NCBI GenBank assembly: GCA_043228905.1
Contig: JBHGNT010000014.1
Span: 2,790,001 to 2,854,000 of the forward strand
Origin: Azolla caroliniana
Taxonomy: Eukaryota; Plantae; Polypodiophyta
Length of the DNA stretch: 64,000 nt
Reading direction: 5' to 3'
Position 1 is the first letter of the stretch; each line of letters begins with the position of its first letter. Made by a program: the position numbers and the translations under genes. Positions 37,501 through 49,522 of this stretch are shown piece by piece. The notes under the pieces were generated by a model that had not been told where the DNA came from, made no database searches, and worked only from the letters and a program-made list of their open reading frames with translations.

Positions 37501-40500
37501 ACCAAAGATCGTGTCTTCTCGATCTTCTCCGATTGGCTCGCTATGGTAGAAAATCAAACCGACCGAAAGCTGAAATGCTTTCGGACAGACAATGGGGGAG
37601 AGTTCAAATCCGAAGAATTCGTCAAATTCTGCCGACAACGCGGCATCCGACGTGAATTTACGGCACCACACAGTCCGGAGCAAAACGGGATTGCAGAACG
37701 AATGAATCGGACAATCCAAGAACGGATAGTTTCCATGCTCCAACACTCTGGACTGTCGGATGGCTTGTGGGCAGAGGCTCTACTCACGGCAGTACACATA
37801 ATCAATATGTCGCCAAGTAGACCTCTAGGACTTCAAATTCCTCAGGAACTATGGATCGGCAGTAAGCCGAATTACGACAAGCTGAGGATCTTCGGATGCG
37901 AGGCGTACGCCCTTATTCCGAAAGATGATCGCCGAAAACTTGCACCTCGGTCCAGGAAATGCATTTTCCTTGGATATGGATCCGACGGCGAAATGGGATA
38001 CCGACTCTGGGATCCCGAACGCAGACAAATCGTCCGAAGTTCGGACGTTGTGTTCAACGAGTCGGCTATGAATCCATCAGTCGAAAAACCGATCGAAGTC
38101 CGAAGGGTAACATTTTCCGATGTGCCGACCCTTCAAGAAGGCCCCGCTCTTAACACACGGTCAGCTTCACGGGTAGCTGAACCTTACACTACCGACTCGG
38201 ACAACCCCGACTCGGCACAGCAGAACAATCCGCTTTCGGACCATCCGACCTCGATACCCGATGCGACCAGTCCAATCATACCTCGACGATCCGAGAGACT
38301 GTCGCAACCTCCGGAGAGGTATTCTCCTGGAATTTTCTTCACCGACGCCGGCGAACCGACGTCTTACGAAGAAGCATCGACATCTGTCGATTCAGCCACC
38401 TGGCATCTGGCGATGGAGTCGGAAATGCACTCCATTCGGGCAAACAAGACTTGGGATCTGGTCGAATTACCTAGGAACCGACGTGCTCTTCCTTGCAAGT
38501 GGGTTTATCGACTAAAAGAGACGTCTGATTCGACCACCCCAAAGTACAAGGCCAGATTAGTTGCGAAGGGCTTCCGACAAGAATATGGCGTCGACTTCGA
38601 CGAGATTTTTTCACCAGTGGTGAAAATGACAACCCTTTGTTTCCTACTCGGCGTAGTGGCAGCCGACAACTTGGAGCTGATTCAGCTAGATGTCAAAACA
38701 GCCTTCCTCCATGGTGATCTTGACGAGGAAATTTATATGGAGCAGCCAAAAGGCTTCGTGGCGACTGGCCAAGAACATCTAGTCTGCCGACTCAGGAAGA
38801 GTCTATACGGCCTCAAACAGGCACCGCTGTCGTAGTGTATTTCGTACACTACGTGAAAAAGTAAAAAATAATATAACCGATTTAATTACATATAAATAAA
38901 TAAAATAATATATCAAGATATTTATCACGTGCATAGGGCAAGATTTGAACCCTGTACCTCCACGTAGCCAAACCTCAACTTTACCATTATGCTACCTTAT
39001 ATTTAGTGTTCTATAAATAGATTTAATAACTATAAGTGCTTTATTTGCGCCTACCTTTATTAAAAGGTAAATCATGTATTTTTAGAGTGCGTGAATATTT
39101 TATAGAAAAACGCAAGCGACTAAAAAGTGACTCATGCACATCTAGCGTGCATGAGCACTATATTTAGCAAATAAAAGCAAGGATTAGAAAAGCATCACAT
39201 GCACATTTAGTGTGCATGAACATATTAGAAAAAAAAGCATGTAGCTATGCTTAGTCTCTCCCATCACTACATAAGGATGGGGAGCACAATGTAATAGGTG
39301 TGTGAAAAATATTTGGGAAATTGGATATATTTCCTAAAACACCAACAATCAATAAAATATACTCGTGGGATTCACGAAGTTTAAGATAATCTATCTCTTT
39401 CAATCTAAATTCATATTCTTACATAAATATTGATTAATGTAATACTTGTGGGATTCACAAGATTAGCCTCAAATTCTTCCTCCTCCTAGTCCAAAACCCC
39501 GGTGGTTCCCACCCGACTCACGCAAACGATCCGGAGCCGAAAGGCACGACACAGTTGGTGAACCCGACGTGAAGGCGGGTGGCAAGGAGATGGAGAATCA
39601 ACAAGAGGCAATGAGCATAACGATGATGATGATGTTCGAGCGGATGCTACAAGAACAACGAGTGATGTCGGAGATCACGGGGGTAGTAAAGCGGCTCGTA
39701 CAACGAAACGGACAATTCAACGGAAACGATGTGTCACGCTATCTACGTGACTACAAGGCGGAGATGATACGATGTGGGATACCGGAAGGATTGCAAGTGA
39801 CATCCTTCAATCGGGTGGCCACGGATGAGCTACAAGAGAGAATCTACAAGATACGGCAACAAAACTCGACATGGGGATCATTCGAAGAAGCTTTACGAGA
39901 GTCATATGATTACAAGAGATCGAAGGGACGAGATCGGCGAGAGTTCGATGAATGGGTGGCATCGGAGAAGACCCACCAAAGTGCAACACAAGCATTCCTA
40001 GAGTTCGAGCATCGTCTTGCTCGACTCTCGGAGCGGGAACAACGATTGGTGGGGGAGGATAAAGTCCTAATGTTCGTAAAATCGATCGATCGAAAAGAAA
40101 GGAAGGACATCGGGATTGAACTCGAAGACGATGACGGTACGAATGGTCTTACTGAAGATTGGGCCGAAGTCCAAAGGGTATGCCGGAGACATGATGAGAG
40201 GAAGATGAGAATCTTGTCAACGACATGGCCGATGAAGGATGGTCGATTGAAGACAAACGATGGAGCCGATATGAAGGCCGAAATACAACATGATGGTCCG
40301 ACGGAAGAGGGTGTAAAACAAGCTACCCTCTTGTCTTGCGAAAGAACAACGACAAAGGATAAGGCCGATAACCCAAGTGTAGAAGAAGATTTCGGAATAC
40401 AAGTGTCCGAAACATCGGGTGAAAAAGGGGTAAGCATAATTGATGTTTGCATAATTGATGCAGTGAAAGAGAGCAAGGAGGACTTGATTGAGGAGGTCAC

Positions 40501-40989
40501 CAAGAAAGATGACATCGAATCGAAGGTGGCTATGGACGAATCAATGGCGGATGTCAGGAATAGTACTAAAGCAGAGATGGAATTAGTACTAAGAAGAGTA
40601 GTACTATTAGTACTAAGAAGACAGGACTGCGTAAGATTCCCGAGAGAGAGGAAGTGAGAAGAGGAGAGAGAGAGAAATAGAATGATGACAGCAGCTCTTA
40701 TATTATATGAAAGATAAGTACAAATCGGCTAAGAGGCTTAAGACTGGTGTTGAACCAATTTGGTTCAACATAATGCTTAGTGCCTTCTTTTATAGTGTTC
40801 TCAGGAATAATCCTGAAGCTTCTAGAATGTTCCAGACAAATCTGGAATATACATTACTTTCTTATAATAAAACATAAATGAAAATAATATTCTATGAATT
40901 ACAATAGATGGTGAGATGGTTAAGAGCTCGACCCATATACCATAAGGTCATGGGTTCGAGTCTTGCCATCTCATGACACTATCTCCCCC

Positions 40990-43900
40990 TTAAAGACGAC
41001 GAGTGGAACGAGTCAGCGCTACTTGCGGACCGGGTTTGTCCGGATACTTTTGGTGGAAATCAGCAAGAAGATCTTGTGCATTGGCAACATTCTCGACGGG
41101 TTCCCAAGTACGTTCGCTCGGACTATAACCGAGCCAATCGACCAAGTAATAGAGTTTGTTGCGAACAAGTTTGGAATCGAGGATGGCAGCAACTTCATAC
41201 TCCGGGCCGGCGTCCAACTCCAGTGGGGGCGGCGGTGGTGTCACACGATCGGGAATGGTGTTTGCTTTATAAGGTTCAAGAAGAGAACAATGGAAAACCG
41301 GATGTATCTGAAGCTGCGGAGGGAGATCAAGGCGGAAGGTGACATCATTAATCTTCCCCGTAATACGGAAAGGACCGAGTCGTCGATAATCCAACTTGTC
41401 GCACGGTCGAGTAGTCTTGATGTGACGACGTAAGAGCCATACTCGATCTCCGATGGCAAAAGAGGAGGGAATCCGATGACGATCCGCATAAGTCTTCTGT
41501 GTGTGTTGAGCATGACGAAGGTGAGTAGAGAGATCCATCTGGATCTTGCGTAGCCTCTCCAAATGATCCTCGGCACGAGGGTTGGTAGGTAGCTCCGGAG
41601 CGTCGATCACCGACCAGCGAGGATGGAAACCGGTATAAGCGAAAAATGGGGAGACCCGAGTCGAGGAGTGAATAGCATTATTATACGCAAACTCCGCAAA
41701 GTGGAGAATCTCGGCCCAATCGTCCTGTTGATAACTCAGGAAACACCGGAGATATTGCTCCAGCGTTTGGTTTGTTCGTTCCGCCTGTCCGTCGGTCTGA
41801 GGATGGTAGCCGGAGGAGAGGTTGCAGGAGACCTTGAGCATCTTGAAGAGATGCTGCCAAAATTTGGAGACAAATTGCGGGCCTCGGTCACTGATAATAC
41901 TGTCTGGGAGGCCATGATGCCGAAAAACCTCACGCATAACAAGAGCGGCGGTTTCCTCGCTAGTGATGGCTTTAGTACATGGCACAAAATGTGCCATCTT
42001 CGTATATCGATCGACGACGGTTAGGATAGCATCGAACCCTTTCGAGACCGGCAGATCTGTGATAAAATCAAGACAAATAGACTGCCATGGCTTACTTGGA
42101 ATTGGTAAAGGTTCCAACAAGCCATATGGATGGTGTCGTGGCATCTTTGCTCGGCAGCAAGCATCACAGGTCCGAACGTAGTCGTCGACAAAACGGCGCA
42201 TGTGGGGCCACCAAAAAGATCGCTGCACTAGCTCCAACGTCTTAGTACTACCGAAATGTCCCGCCGTATGGGTGTCGTGACAATGTTGGACAATTTGAAG
42301 GCGACAGGAGCAATCGGGGACATATACGCGCTTTTTAAAGAATAACAAACCATCATGATATTCGAATTGTCGGTAGTCAATACCTGGTTGTTGAGACTGA
42401 GAACAGGATGCCCGAGAAGTATCAATGTGCGCCAGGATGTCTTGAGCAAAACTATCCGTCTTCAAGGTTGCACGTATGTCATCGGTAATCCGTGAATCCA
42501 TCGGGGTGTGAAAAATCCGCGTCGTGTGCAATCGTGTTGGTCCCAAGATTACTTGCTTTTGATTATCAAATGTTGCTTCACCAGGACGAGGTGCAAGATA
42601 TGAACGTCGTGATAGTGCATCTGCTTTTCCTTGCTGCTTCCCCGGTCGATATGTGATTTTGAAGTCGAAACGCGTGAGGAATTGCGCCCACCGAGCTTGC
42701 CGTCGATTTAGTACGCGAGCGTTCTGAAAATAAGCAAGATTTTTATGATCGCTGAAGACAATGACCTGATGTGGAGAGCCCTCTAAGAAATGCCGCCATT
42801 GTACAAATGAATCCACGATGGCTAATAACTCCTTGTCATGTATTTCGTAGTTGATTTCTGCGACATCGAATTTGCGCGAATGGAAAGCCACCGGATGCAA
42901 CTCTTCTTTATCACCTTGTTGAGAAAGGATGCTACCGAGGGCGAAATCTGATGCGTCGGCCTCCATGATGAATGGTTTGCTTGTATCCACATGAGCTAGA
43001 ATCGGTGCTGATGTAAAGGCTTTCTTAAGATGCCGAAAAGCCATATCTGCTTCAATGGACCAAAGAAATGCTTGGCCCTTCTTCGTAAGTTGTGTGAGAG
43101 GTAAAATAATCTTCGAGTAATCCTGTATAAACTTACGGTAGAAGTTAGCAAAACCTAGAAAACATTGTACATCTCGTACCGACCGTGGAATTTGCCACTC
43201 TAGTACAGTTTGGATCTTAGCTGGATCCATGGCGATGCCCTTTGAGGAGATGACGTAGCCTAGAAATTCCACTTGCTTGCAGTCGAAGCTACATTTTTCT
43301 AGCTTGGCATAAAGACCATTCTCGCGGAGTCGCTTTAGTACTAATAGTACATGAGAGTCGTGCTCTTCCTGGGTCTTCGAATAAATCAACAGATCATCCA
43401 GATAAATGATAAAACAGATATCCAAGAGGTCTCTGAATATATCATTTGCCATGTGTTGGAAGACTGCGGGTGCATTGGTTAGGCCAAACGGCATAACAGT
43501 ATACTCAAAATGCCCATACCGCGTGCGAAAAGCGGTCTTCCACTCATCTCCCAGTCGGATCCGCACGAGATTATACGCTCCGCGTAGGTCGATTTTAGTA
43601 AAAAACTTGGCACCATTAACTCGCTCTAAAAGACTTGATATAAGAGGAAGTGCATACCTATTCCGGATGGTGACTTTATTTAATCCGCGGTAATCAACGA
43701 CAAGACGAAGTGAGCCATCTTTCTTCTTGACAAAGAAGATGGGTGCACCGGCCGGAGATTTCGAATGACGGATGAACCCGCTTGCCAAGTTCTCCTCTAT
43801 GTAGGCTCGAAGGACTTCTAACTCGGTGGGTGACAGGTTGTAAATTGGTCCCCATGGTGGCTCGGTTCCTGGTTGTAAATCGATGGGACAGTCATAGGGA

Positions 43901-44562
43901 CGATGATGAGGAAGGGTACCGGCTTTTACCTTGTCAAATACATCGGCATAAGGATGATATTTTGCCGGAAGTTGTACTGAGGAGTCCTTCTTAATAGTGC
44001 TGGAAGGATGTACTGATATGGAAAATAGGAACATTGCCTCCTTGGGTCCTTCTTCGCGTAGTTGATGGAGTGAAATGGTCGAAACTCGGCGAGTTGATTC
44101 TTGGGGTGGTCGATATCGGACTTCTCTTGTTCTCCAATCTATGGCTGGATTATGTAACTCAAGCCAAGGTAATCCTAGGACAATGGGATGCTCTGGACTA
44201 CTAATTATATTAAATGATATTATACACACAAAACTACCTAGGACAACTTGAATGGGTTCTGATTCTTCTACAATATTCCCGGAAGCAATGGGACGACCAT
44301 CAATGACCACTACAGATGCGGGACAAGGAAGTTTTCTTAAGGATATCTGAGAAGCTTGGGCAAAATTTCGATCCATGAAACAAGAATTAGCTCCGGAATC
44401 TAAAAGTGCTAGAACGGGTACTGGGGGAGTACTTTTAGTACTAACAATGACTTGGGCTAGGAACACATTGCTAACTTGCTTGGAAGGAATGGAACCACTA
44501 ATGGGCTGTACAGATCTAGGGCTGCTGTCCAACCAAATGGCTCCTATTTTGGCTGGACTCAA
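40990..44562 (-). CDS. Chromovirus Pol (PR-RT-RH-INT-chromodomain)
   Basis: ALLDSGA, YLDD, EADASD, integrase HHCC and DDE motifs, GPF, and chromodomain EYEVAAILDS..YLVDWLGY..TWEP. Confidence 0.95.
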   Translation of the reverse strand: MSPAKIGAIWLDSSPRSVQPISGSIPSKQVSNVFLAQVIVSTKSTPPVPVLALLDSGANSCFMDRNFAQASQISLRKLPCPASVVVIDGRPIASGNIVEESEPIQVVLGSFVCIISFNIISSPEHPIVLGLPWLELHNPAIDWRTREVRYRPPQESTRRVSTISLHQLREEGPKEAMFLFSISVHPSSTIKKDSSVQLPAKYHPYADVFDKVKAGTLPHHRPYDCPIDLQPGTEPPWGPIYNLSPTELEVLRAYIEENLASGFIRHSKSPAGAPIFFVKKKDGSLRLVVDYRGLNKVTIRNRYALPLISSLLERVNGAKFFTKIDLRGAYNLVRIRLGDEWKTAFRTRYGHFEYTVMPFGLTNAPAVFQHMANDIFRDLLDICFIIYLDDLLIYSKTQEEHDSHVLLVLKRLRENGLYAKLEKCSFDCKQVEFLGYVISSKGIAMDPAKIQTVLEWQIPRSVRDVQCFLGFANFYRKFIQDYSKIILPLTQLTKKGQAFLWSIEADMAFRHLKKAFTSAPILAHVDTSKPFIMEADASDFALGSILSQQGDKEELHPVAFHSRKFDVAEINYEIHDKELLAIVDSFVQWRHFLEGSPHQVIVFSDHKNLAYFQNARVLNRRQARWAQFLTRFDFKITYRPGKQQGKADALSRRSYLAPRPGEATFDNQKQVILGPTRLHTTRIFHTPMDSRITDDIRATLKTDSFAQDILAHIDTSRASCSQSQQPGIDYRQFEYHDGLLFFKKRVYVPDCSCRLQIVQHCHDTHTAGHFGSTKTLELVQRSFWWPHMRRFVDDYVRTCDACCRAKMPRHHPYGLLEPLPIPSKPWQSICLDFITDLPVSKGFDAILTVVDRYTKMAHFVPCTKAITSEETAALVMREVFRHHGLPDSIISDRGPQFVSKFWQHLFKMLKVSCNLSSGYHPQTDGQAERTNQTLEQYLRCFLSYQQDDWAEILHFAEFAYNNAIHSSTRVSPFFAYTGFHPRWSVIDAPELPTNPRAEDHLERLRKIQMDLSTHLRHAQHTQKTYADRHRIPSSFAIGDRVWLLRRHIKTTRPCDKLDYRRLGPFRITGKINDVTFRLDLPPQLQIHPVFHCSLLEPYKANTIPDRVTPPPPPLELDAGPEYEVAAILDSKLVRNKLYYLVDWLGYSPSERTWEPVENVANAQDLLADFHQKYPDKPGPQVALTRSTRRL

Positions 44563-45716
44563 TCGTTTAACTCTTCATCTAATTGACTAAGAATTTCAAA
44601 TTTATTTGAGATACTTGGGCTATTAGTACTATGAATACTATCTGACACTCTATTAGTACTATTAATACTATCAGACACTCCAAAGGGAAGAATTGACTCG
44701 GGTTTAGTACAGGCGACGATTTGATTTACCTGTCTTCTTGGCCTATGGGGACAATTGATGGCGATATGTCCTGGTCCACCGCAATAAAGACATAATCGAT
44801 TGGCACGTCGTCGTTGCTTTTCTTCTTCCGATAACGGGCCGCGTCGACGCATGGTATCAATCTCCATCGGTGTCGAAGTATTTGCTTGAGGTGTGTCTCG
44901 TGCAAATGGTTTAGCCGCGACTGCGGCGTAGGTGGGCTCTGGCCTAGAGCGTGGTATCTGTAATTGACGTTCTGAACGCCGTTCAAAAAGGCGGTTGTCA
45001 CATCGAACTGCTCGACTGATTGCCTCCGTAAGAGACTTTGGTTCTTCGGGGAAAGTTAGAAGTAGATCTTTGACATCGTTTCGCAAGCCATAGCGAAACT
45101 GCTCCATTAGTGCTTGATCATCCCAGGGTATATCTGAAGCAAGTAGGCGGAAATCCGCCGCGTAGGCAGAGGCTGGACGATCGCCTTGACGCAATCGCCG
45201 GATCTTGTTGATCGCCGTCCTGATGCTGTCGGTGTCTCCAAAGCAGGCTTTAAACTCACCAATAAAATCTTCAAAGTTATTAAGTAAGGGTGATTGTTTT
45301 TCTAGAAGCGGAGCAAACCATGCCAAGGCTGAGCCGCTAAGTAGCGGGCCTATTAGGCCGACTCGAGATGCATCAGTGGGATATCGGGAAGGATGCATCT
45401 GGATGACTAAGCGTACCTGATTAAGGAATCCCCGGAATTGCGAACGCGTTCCATCAAATTTCACAGGAAGTCCAATCTTGGGCTCTTTATGAAATCCTTG
45501 GGGACTGGATCCTTGTTGTTGCAACGCTGCTTCGAGTTGTTGTACCCGTAACGCTAACTCCCCATGTTGTTGTTGCGTTTGTTGTTTTTCTAGAGCGATT
45601 TGTTGCAGATCCCCTATCAGCCGTTGGTTTTCTTGTTCCAGGGCAACAAACTTTTCTTTTAGGCACTGTAGCTCGGAGAAAACGGATTGGTATTCTTGGG
45701 CGCTAACAGTAGCCAT
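44559..45716 (-). CDS. Chromovirus Gag
   Basis: Coiled coil, PVKFDG, LRQG..YAADF, PMEID and zinc knuckle CLYCGGPGHIAINC. Confidence 0.93.
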   Translation of the reverse strand: MATVSAQEYQSVFSELQCLKEKFVALEQENQRLIGDLQQIALEKQQTQQQHGELALRVQQLEAALQQQGSSPQGFHKEPKIGLPVKFDGTRSQFRGFLNQVRLVIQMHPSRYPTDASRVGLIGPLLSGSALAWFAPLLEKQSPLLNNFEDFIGEFKACFGDTDSIRTAINKIRRLRQGDRPASAYAADFRLLASDIPWDDQALMEQFRYGLRNDVKDLLLTFPEEPKSLTEAISRAVRCDNRLFERRSERQLQIPRSRPEPTYAAVAAKPFARDTPQANTSTPMEIDTMRRRGPLSEEEKQRRRANRLCLYCGGPGHIAINCPHRPRRQVNQIVACTKPESILPFGVSDSINSTNRVSDSIHSTNSPSISNKFEILSQLDEELND

Positions 45717-48700
45717 AGTATAGGGAAAAGGGTAGGAGGATGAGGGAGAGTGACAAGTAGGCTAGAGAGACCAAATTGGTTCAAACTGTCAGGAATAGTA
45801 CTAAAGCAGAGATGGAATTAGTACTAAGAAGAGTAGTACTATTAGTACTAAGAAGACAGGACTGCGTAAGATTCCCGAGAGAGAGGAAGTGAGAAGAGGA
45901 GAGAGAGAGAAATAGAATGATGACAGCAGCTCTTATATTATATGAAAGATAAGTACAAATCGGCTAAGAGGCTTAAGACTGGTGTTGAACCAATTTGGTT
46001 CAACATAATGCTTAGTGCCTTCTTTTATAGTGTTCTCAGGAATAATCCTGAAGCTTCTAGAATGTTCCAGACAAATCTGGAATATACATTACTTTCTTAT
46101 AATAAAACATAAATGAAAATAATATTCTATGAATTACAATAGATGGTGAGATGGTTAAGAGCTCGACCCATATACCATAAGGTCATGGGTTCGAGTCTTG
46201 CCATCTCATGACAGCGGATGGCCATATCGAGATTTCTCCACCACTGATTCCAGAGACTCCGGCGGTTGCGTTCGAAAGGCAACGTGAGACCGAAGAGACG
46301 GAAGGTGGTGGAGAGAAAACAAAGGTCGAAGCCGATTCATACGACGGAGAGATAGCGGAGAAGGAGGCTATGGTTGAAATGACAGAGGATGATAATACCG
46401 AGGATTCCTACCCACTAATTCTAGAGACTTCGGCGGTTGTGTCCGAGAACCAACGTGAGACCGGAGAGACGATAGGTGGCGGCAAAAAAGGTAAAGTCGG
46501 AAGCCGGTTCGGATGGAAGGTGATCCGGACGGGATTCCGATCCGAAAGAAAGTCTAACCGGGTAAAAGAGGATTCGACCGAAAGTCGAACCGAAAGGAAG
46601 AGAATTCGGCCGAAAGACGACACAAACGAAAGCTGAACCGGGCGAATGAGGATTCGGCCGAAAGACGACCCGAAAGAAAGCCGACCCGAAAAGGGGTCGA
46701 ATCGGTTCTGACTTGGCCGAACGCGAATATGGATGGAAGCCGACCTAGCTGAAAGCCAATCGGACGAGATCGATCCGGAAAGAAGCTAATCCGACTCAAC
46801 CGGAGGTTGGACCGGTCGAGGCTGGTGAAAACGAGGAAAAGAAAGCCAACCGAAACCGAAACCGATAGATCGAAACCGGGGCGGAAGGAGACCGACTCAA
46901 TCAAAACCGAACAACCGATTCCGATTCGGCCGAATACGAATCCGATCGGAAGCCGATCAAACCAAAAGTTGATCGGACGAGAGCGATCCGGAAAAAAGTC
47001 AAGGTTGATGAAGACAAGAAAGAGCCCAGTAAAAGACACTACCACGAATGAACAAAGAATATGGTGGATCGGATGGCGACAATGGTTTGGGTGGAAAGAA
47101 TGGGTCTACTCAAAATGGAGAGACAAAGTTGACATAGCGGGACAAACGGAGGATGAAGGGGAGACAACGAGCATCGGCAACTTCGGCACATACCGGAGGA
47201 TGTGCGGGTTCGGAGGGGGCGAGTGTCGTAGTGTATTTCGTACACTACGTGAAAAAGTAAAAAATAATATAACCGATTTAATTACATATAAATAAATAAA
47301 ATAATATATCAAGATATTTATCACGTGCATAGGGCAGGATTTGAACCCTGTACCTCCACGTAGCCAAACCTCAACTTTACCATTATGCTACCTTATATTT
47401 AGTGTTCTATAAATAGATTTAATAACTATAAGTGCTTTATTTGCGCCTACCTTTATTAAAAGGTAAATCATGTATTTTTAGAGTGCGTGAATATTTTATA
47501 GAAAAACGCAAGCGACTAAAAAGTGACTCATGCACATCTAGCGTGCATGAGCACTATATTTAGCAAATAAAAGCAAGGATTAGAAAAGCATCACATGCAC
47601 ATTTAGTGTGCATGAACATATTAGAAAAAAAAGCATGTAGCTATGCTTAGTCTCTCCCATCACTACATAAGGATGGGGAGCACAATGTAATAGGTGTGTG
47701 AAAAATATTTGGGAAATTGGATATATTTCCTAAAACACCAACAATCAATAAAATATACTCGTGGGATTCACGAAGTTTAAGATAATCTATCTCTTTCAAT
47801 CTAAATTCATATTCTTACATAAATATTGATTAATGTAATACTTGTGGGATTCACAAGATTAGCCTCAAATTCTTCCTCCTCCTAGTCCAAAACCCCGGTG
47901 GTTCCCACCCGACTCACGCAAACGATCCGGAGCCGAAAGGCACGACACCGCGACAATGGTACAAGAAGTTCAACGACTTCATCCAATCGATCGGCTTCTC
48001 AAAAAGCGATGAGGACCATTGTCTCTTCACCAACACAGCTCAACATGGATCACCCATCTTCCTCATCATTTACGTGGACGACATGCTAATTTCTGGACGC
48101 CACGCGGGCGAACTTGCCGATCTCATTCGGCAACTGCGGTTGAAGTTTGCCATGAAGGACCTCGGTCCGGCACGACACATACTCGGCATGAAGATTAGTC
48201 GGCATCGCGATAAACGACATCTTTTTTTGTCTCAGACCGACTATATCCGACGTGTCTTGGAACGCTTCAACATGCAATCAGCCAAATCTGCTTCAACCCC
48301 GCTCCCCATGAATCTTCGGCTCTCTCAGCGAGACTGCCCGACATCCGGTCCGGAGGGGGAAGATATGAAGTCGGTACCGTATGCACCGGCAGTCGGCTCC
48401 CTTATGTACCTGATGGTCGCGACACGGCCTGATATTTCTCATGCCGTAGGAGTCGTTAGCAGATTTATGCACAATCCCGGCCGATCGCATTGGAAAGCAG
48501 TCAAGCATGTGTTCAGATATCTGGCTGGCACAAAAGACCACGGCATTCTTTTCGGTCCGAACCGAACCTCAGGCGTAGTCGGTTACACCGACTCGGACTT
48601 CGCCGGCTGTATAGACAGTCGGAAATCAACAACCGGATACTGCTTCAAATTCGGCAATGGAGCAATCTCGTGGAAGTCGAAACTTCAGGAGTGCACAACG

Positions 48701-49522
48701 ACCTCAACGACCGAAGCAGAATATGTAGCTGCGTCCGACGCAGCAAAAGAAGCCTTGTGGCTCGGTCGGCTGGCGCACACGTTTCGACAAGTCGACCATG
48801 ACTCGGCCCCAGTTGTCTATAGCGACAGTCAAGGTGCTGTTGCCTTGTCGAGAAATCCGGTTCACCACAACGCCTCCAAACATATCGACGTTCGATATCA
48901 CTTCGTTCGGGACTGCGTCATTTCAGGGAAAATCGGTCTAGAGAAAATATCCACAACCGACAATGTCGCAGATGGAATGACCAAGTGTCTTTCGGCAGAC
49001 CGCTTTCGATCTCTTCGGCATCAGATGGGCATCAGTTAGAGCCGGACACAGCGCAGGATGGTTCCCGACAACCGACATCAGTTCCTTAATGATCGGCTTC
49101 AACTGTTCCGACCCGACCAGTTCGGTCTTCTGCCTTCGGACCCTGCCGACTCGAACAAAGCTGATATGTCCGAGAACCTAAGTTTATACCTGTAATCTTA
49201 GATAACCCATGTATACGCCCATTACGGGGGAGTGTCGAATACAAGTGTATAATGGACGTATTCACACTATCCCTTTAGGCCATTTGTGTAATTAGCATAA
49301 AGGGTAGTTGCCCTAAGTCGGTCACTATATATATTGACCTTGTAACCTTTTTGTAAGGTTGGGTGTTGTATTATTTCTTCTATGGAATAGAAAGTCGTTT
49401 TGTGCCTCCCTCTCTCTCTCTCTATCTCTGTGCAACGACCTACAATCTATCATACGCAGGTACAGAAAAGAATCGAATGCTTCTTGATCTTCCGCATAGA
49501 CGACTTTGTCTCCAACACGGAT

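Larger units (their letters stand above)
40552..46213 (-). mobile_element. Intact chromovirus (Tcn1/Tf1-like Gypsy) element E; 427-bp LTRs 40552-40978 and 45787-46213
   Basis: 5-bp TSD GCGGA, LTRs identical by eye, PPT AGGGGGAGATAG, intact gag and pol. Confidence 0.95.
38828..47947 (+). mobile_element. Non-autonomous gag-only LTR element D; 724-bp LTRs 38828-39551 and 47224-47947
   Basis: 4-bp TSD CCGC, tRNA-Trp PBS 39556-39572, gag-like ORF from 39590 split by E, no pol motifs; one LTR mismatch seen. Confidence 0.92.
35917..49039 (+). pseudogene. Copia gag-pol, with one in-frame TAG at 36325-36327 and split by D within RT
   Basis: CNYCKKPGHIKADC, WLLDSGAS, integrase HSDVCGP/RTDNGGEF, then RT LYGLKQAP|RQWY, YVDD and RNase H YTDSDFAG. 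Confidence 0.92.
34946..49517 (+). mobile_element. Ty1/Copia element C; 285-bp LTRs 34946-35230 and 49233-49517
   Basis: 5-bp TSD CGGAT, tRNA-iMet PBS TGGTATCAGAGC, PPT GGGGGAG; one LTR mismatch seen. Confidence 0.95.

Noticed and set aside
40903-40978. Functional tRNA genes in LTRs (also 38931-38995, 57491-57555, 22760-22830, ~11010-11065)
   Set aside because: A/B boxes are present but acceptor and anticodon stems do not form a cloverleaf
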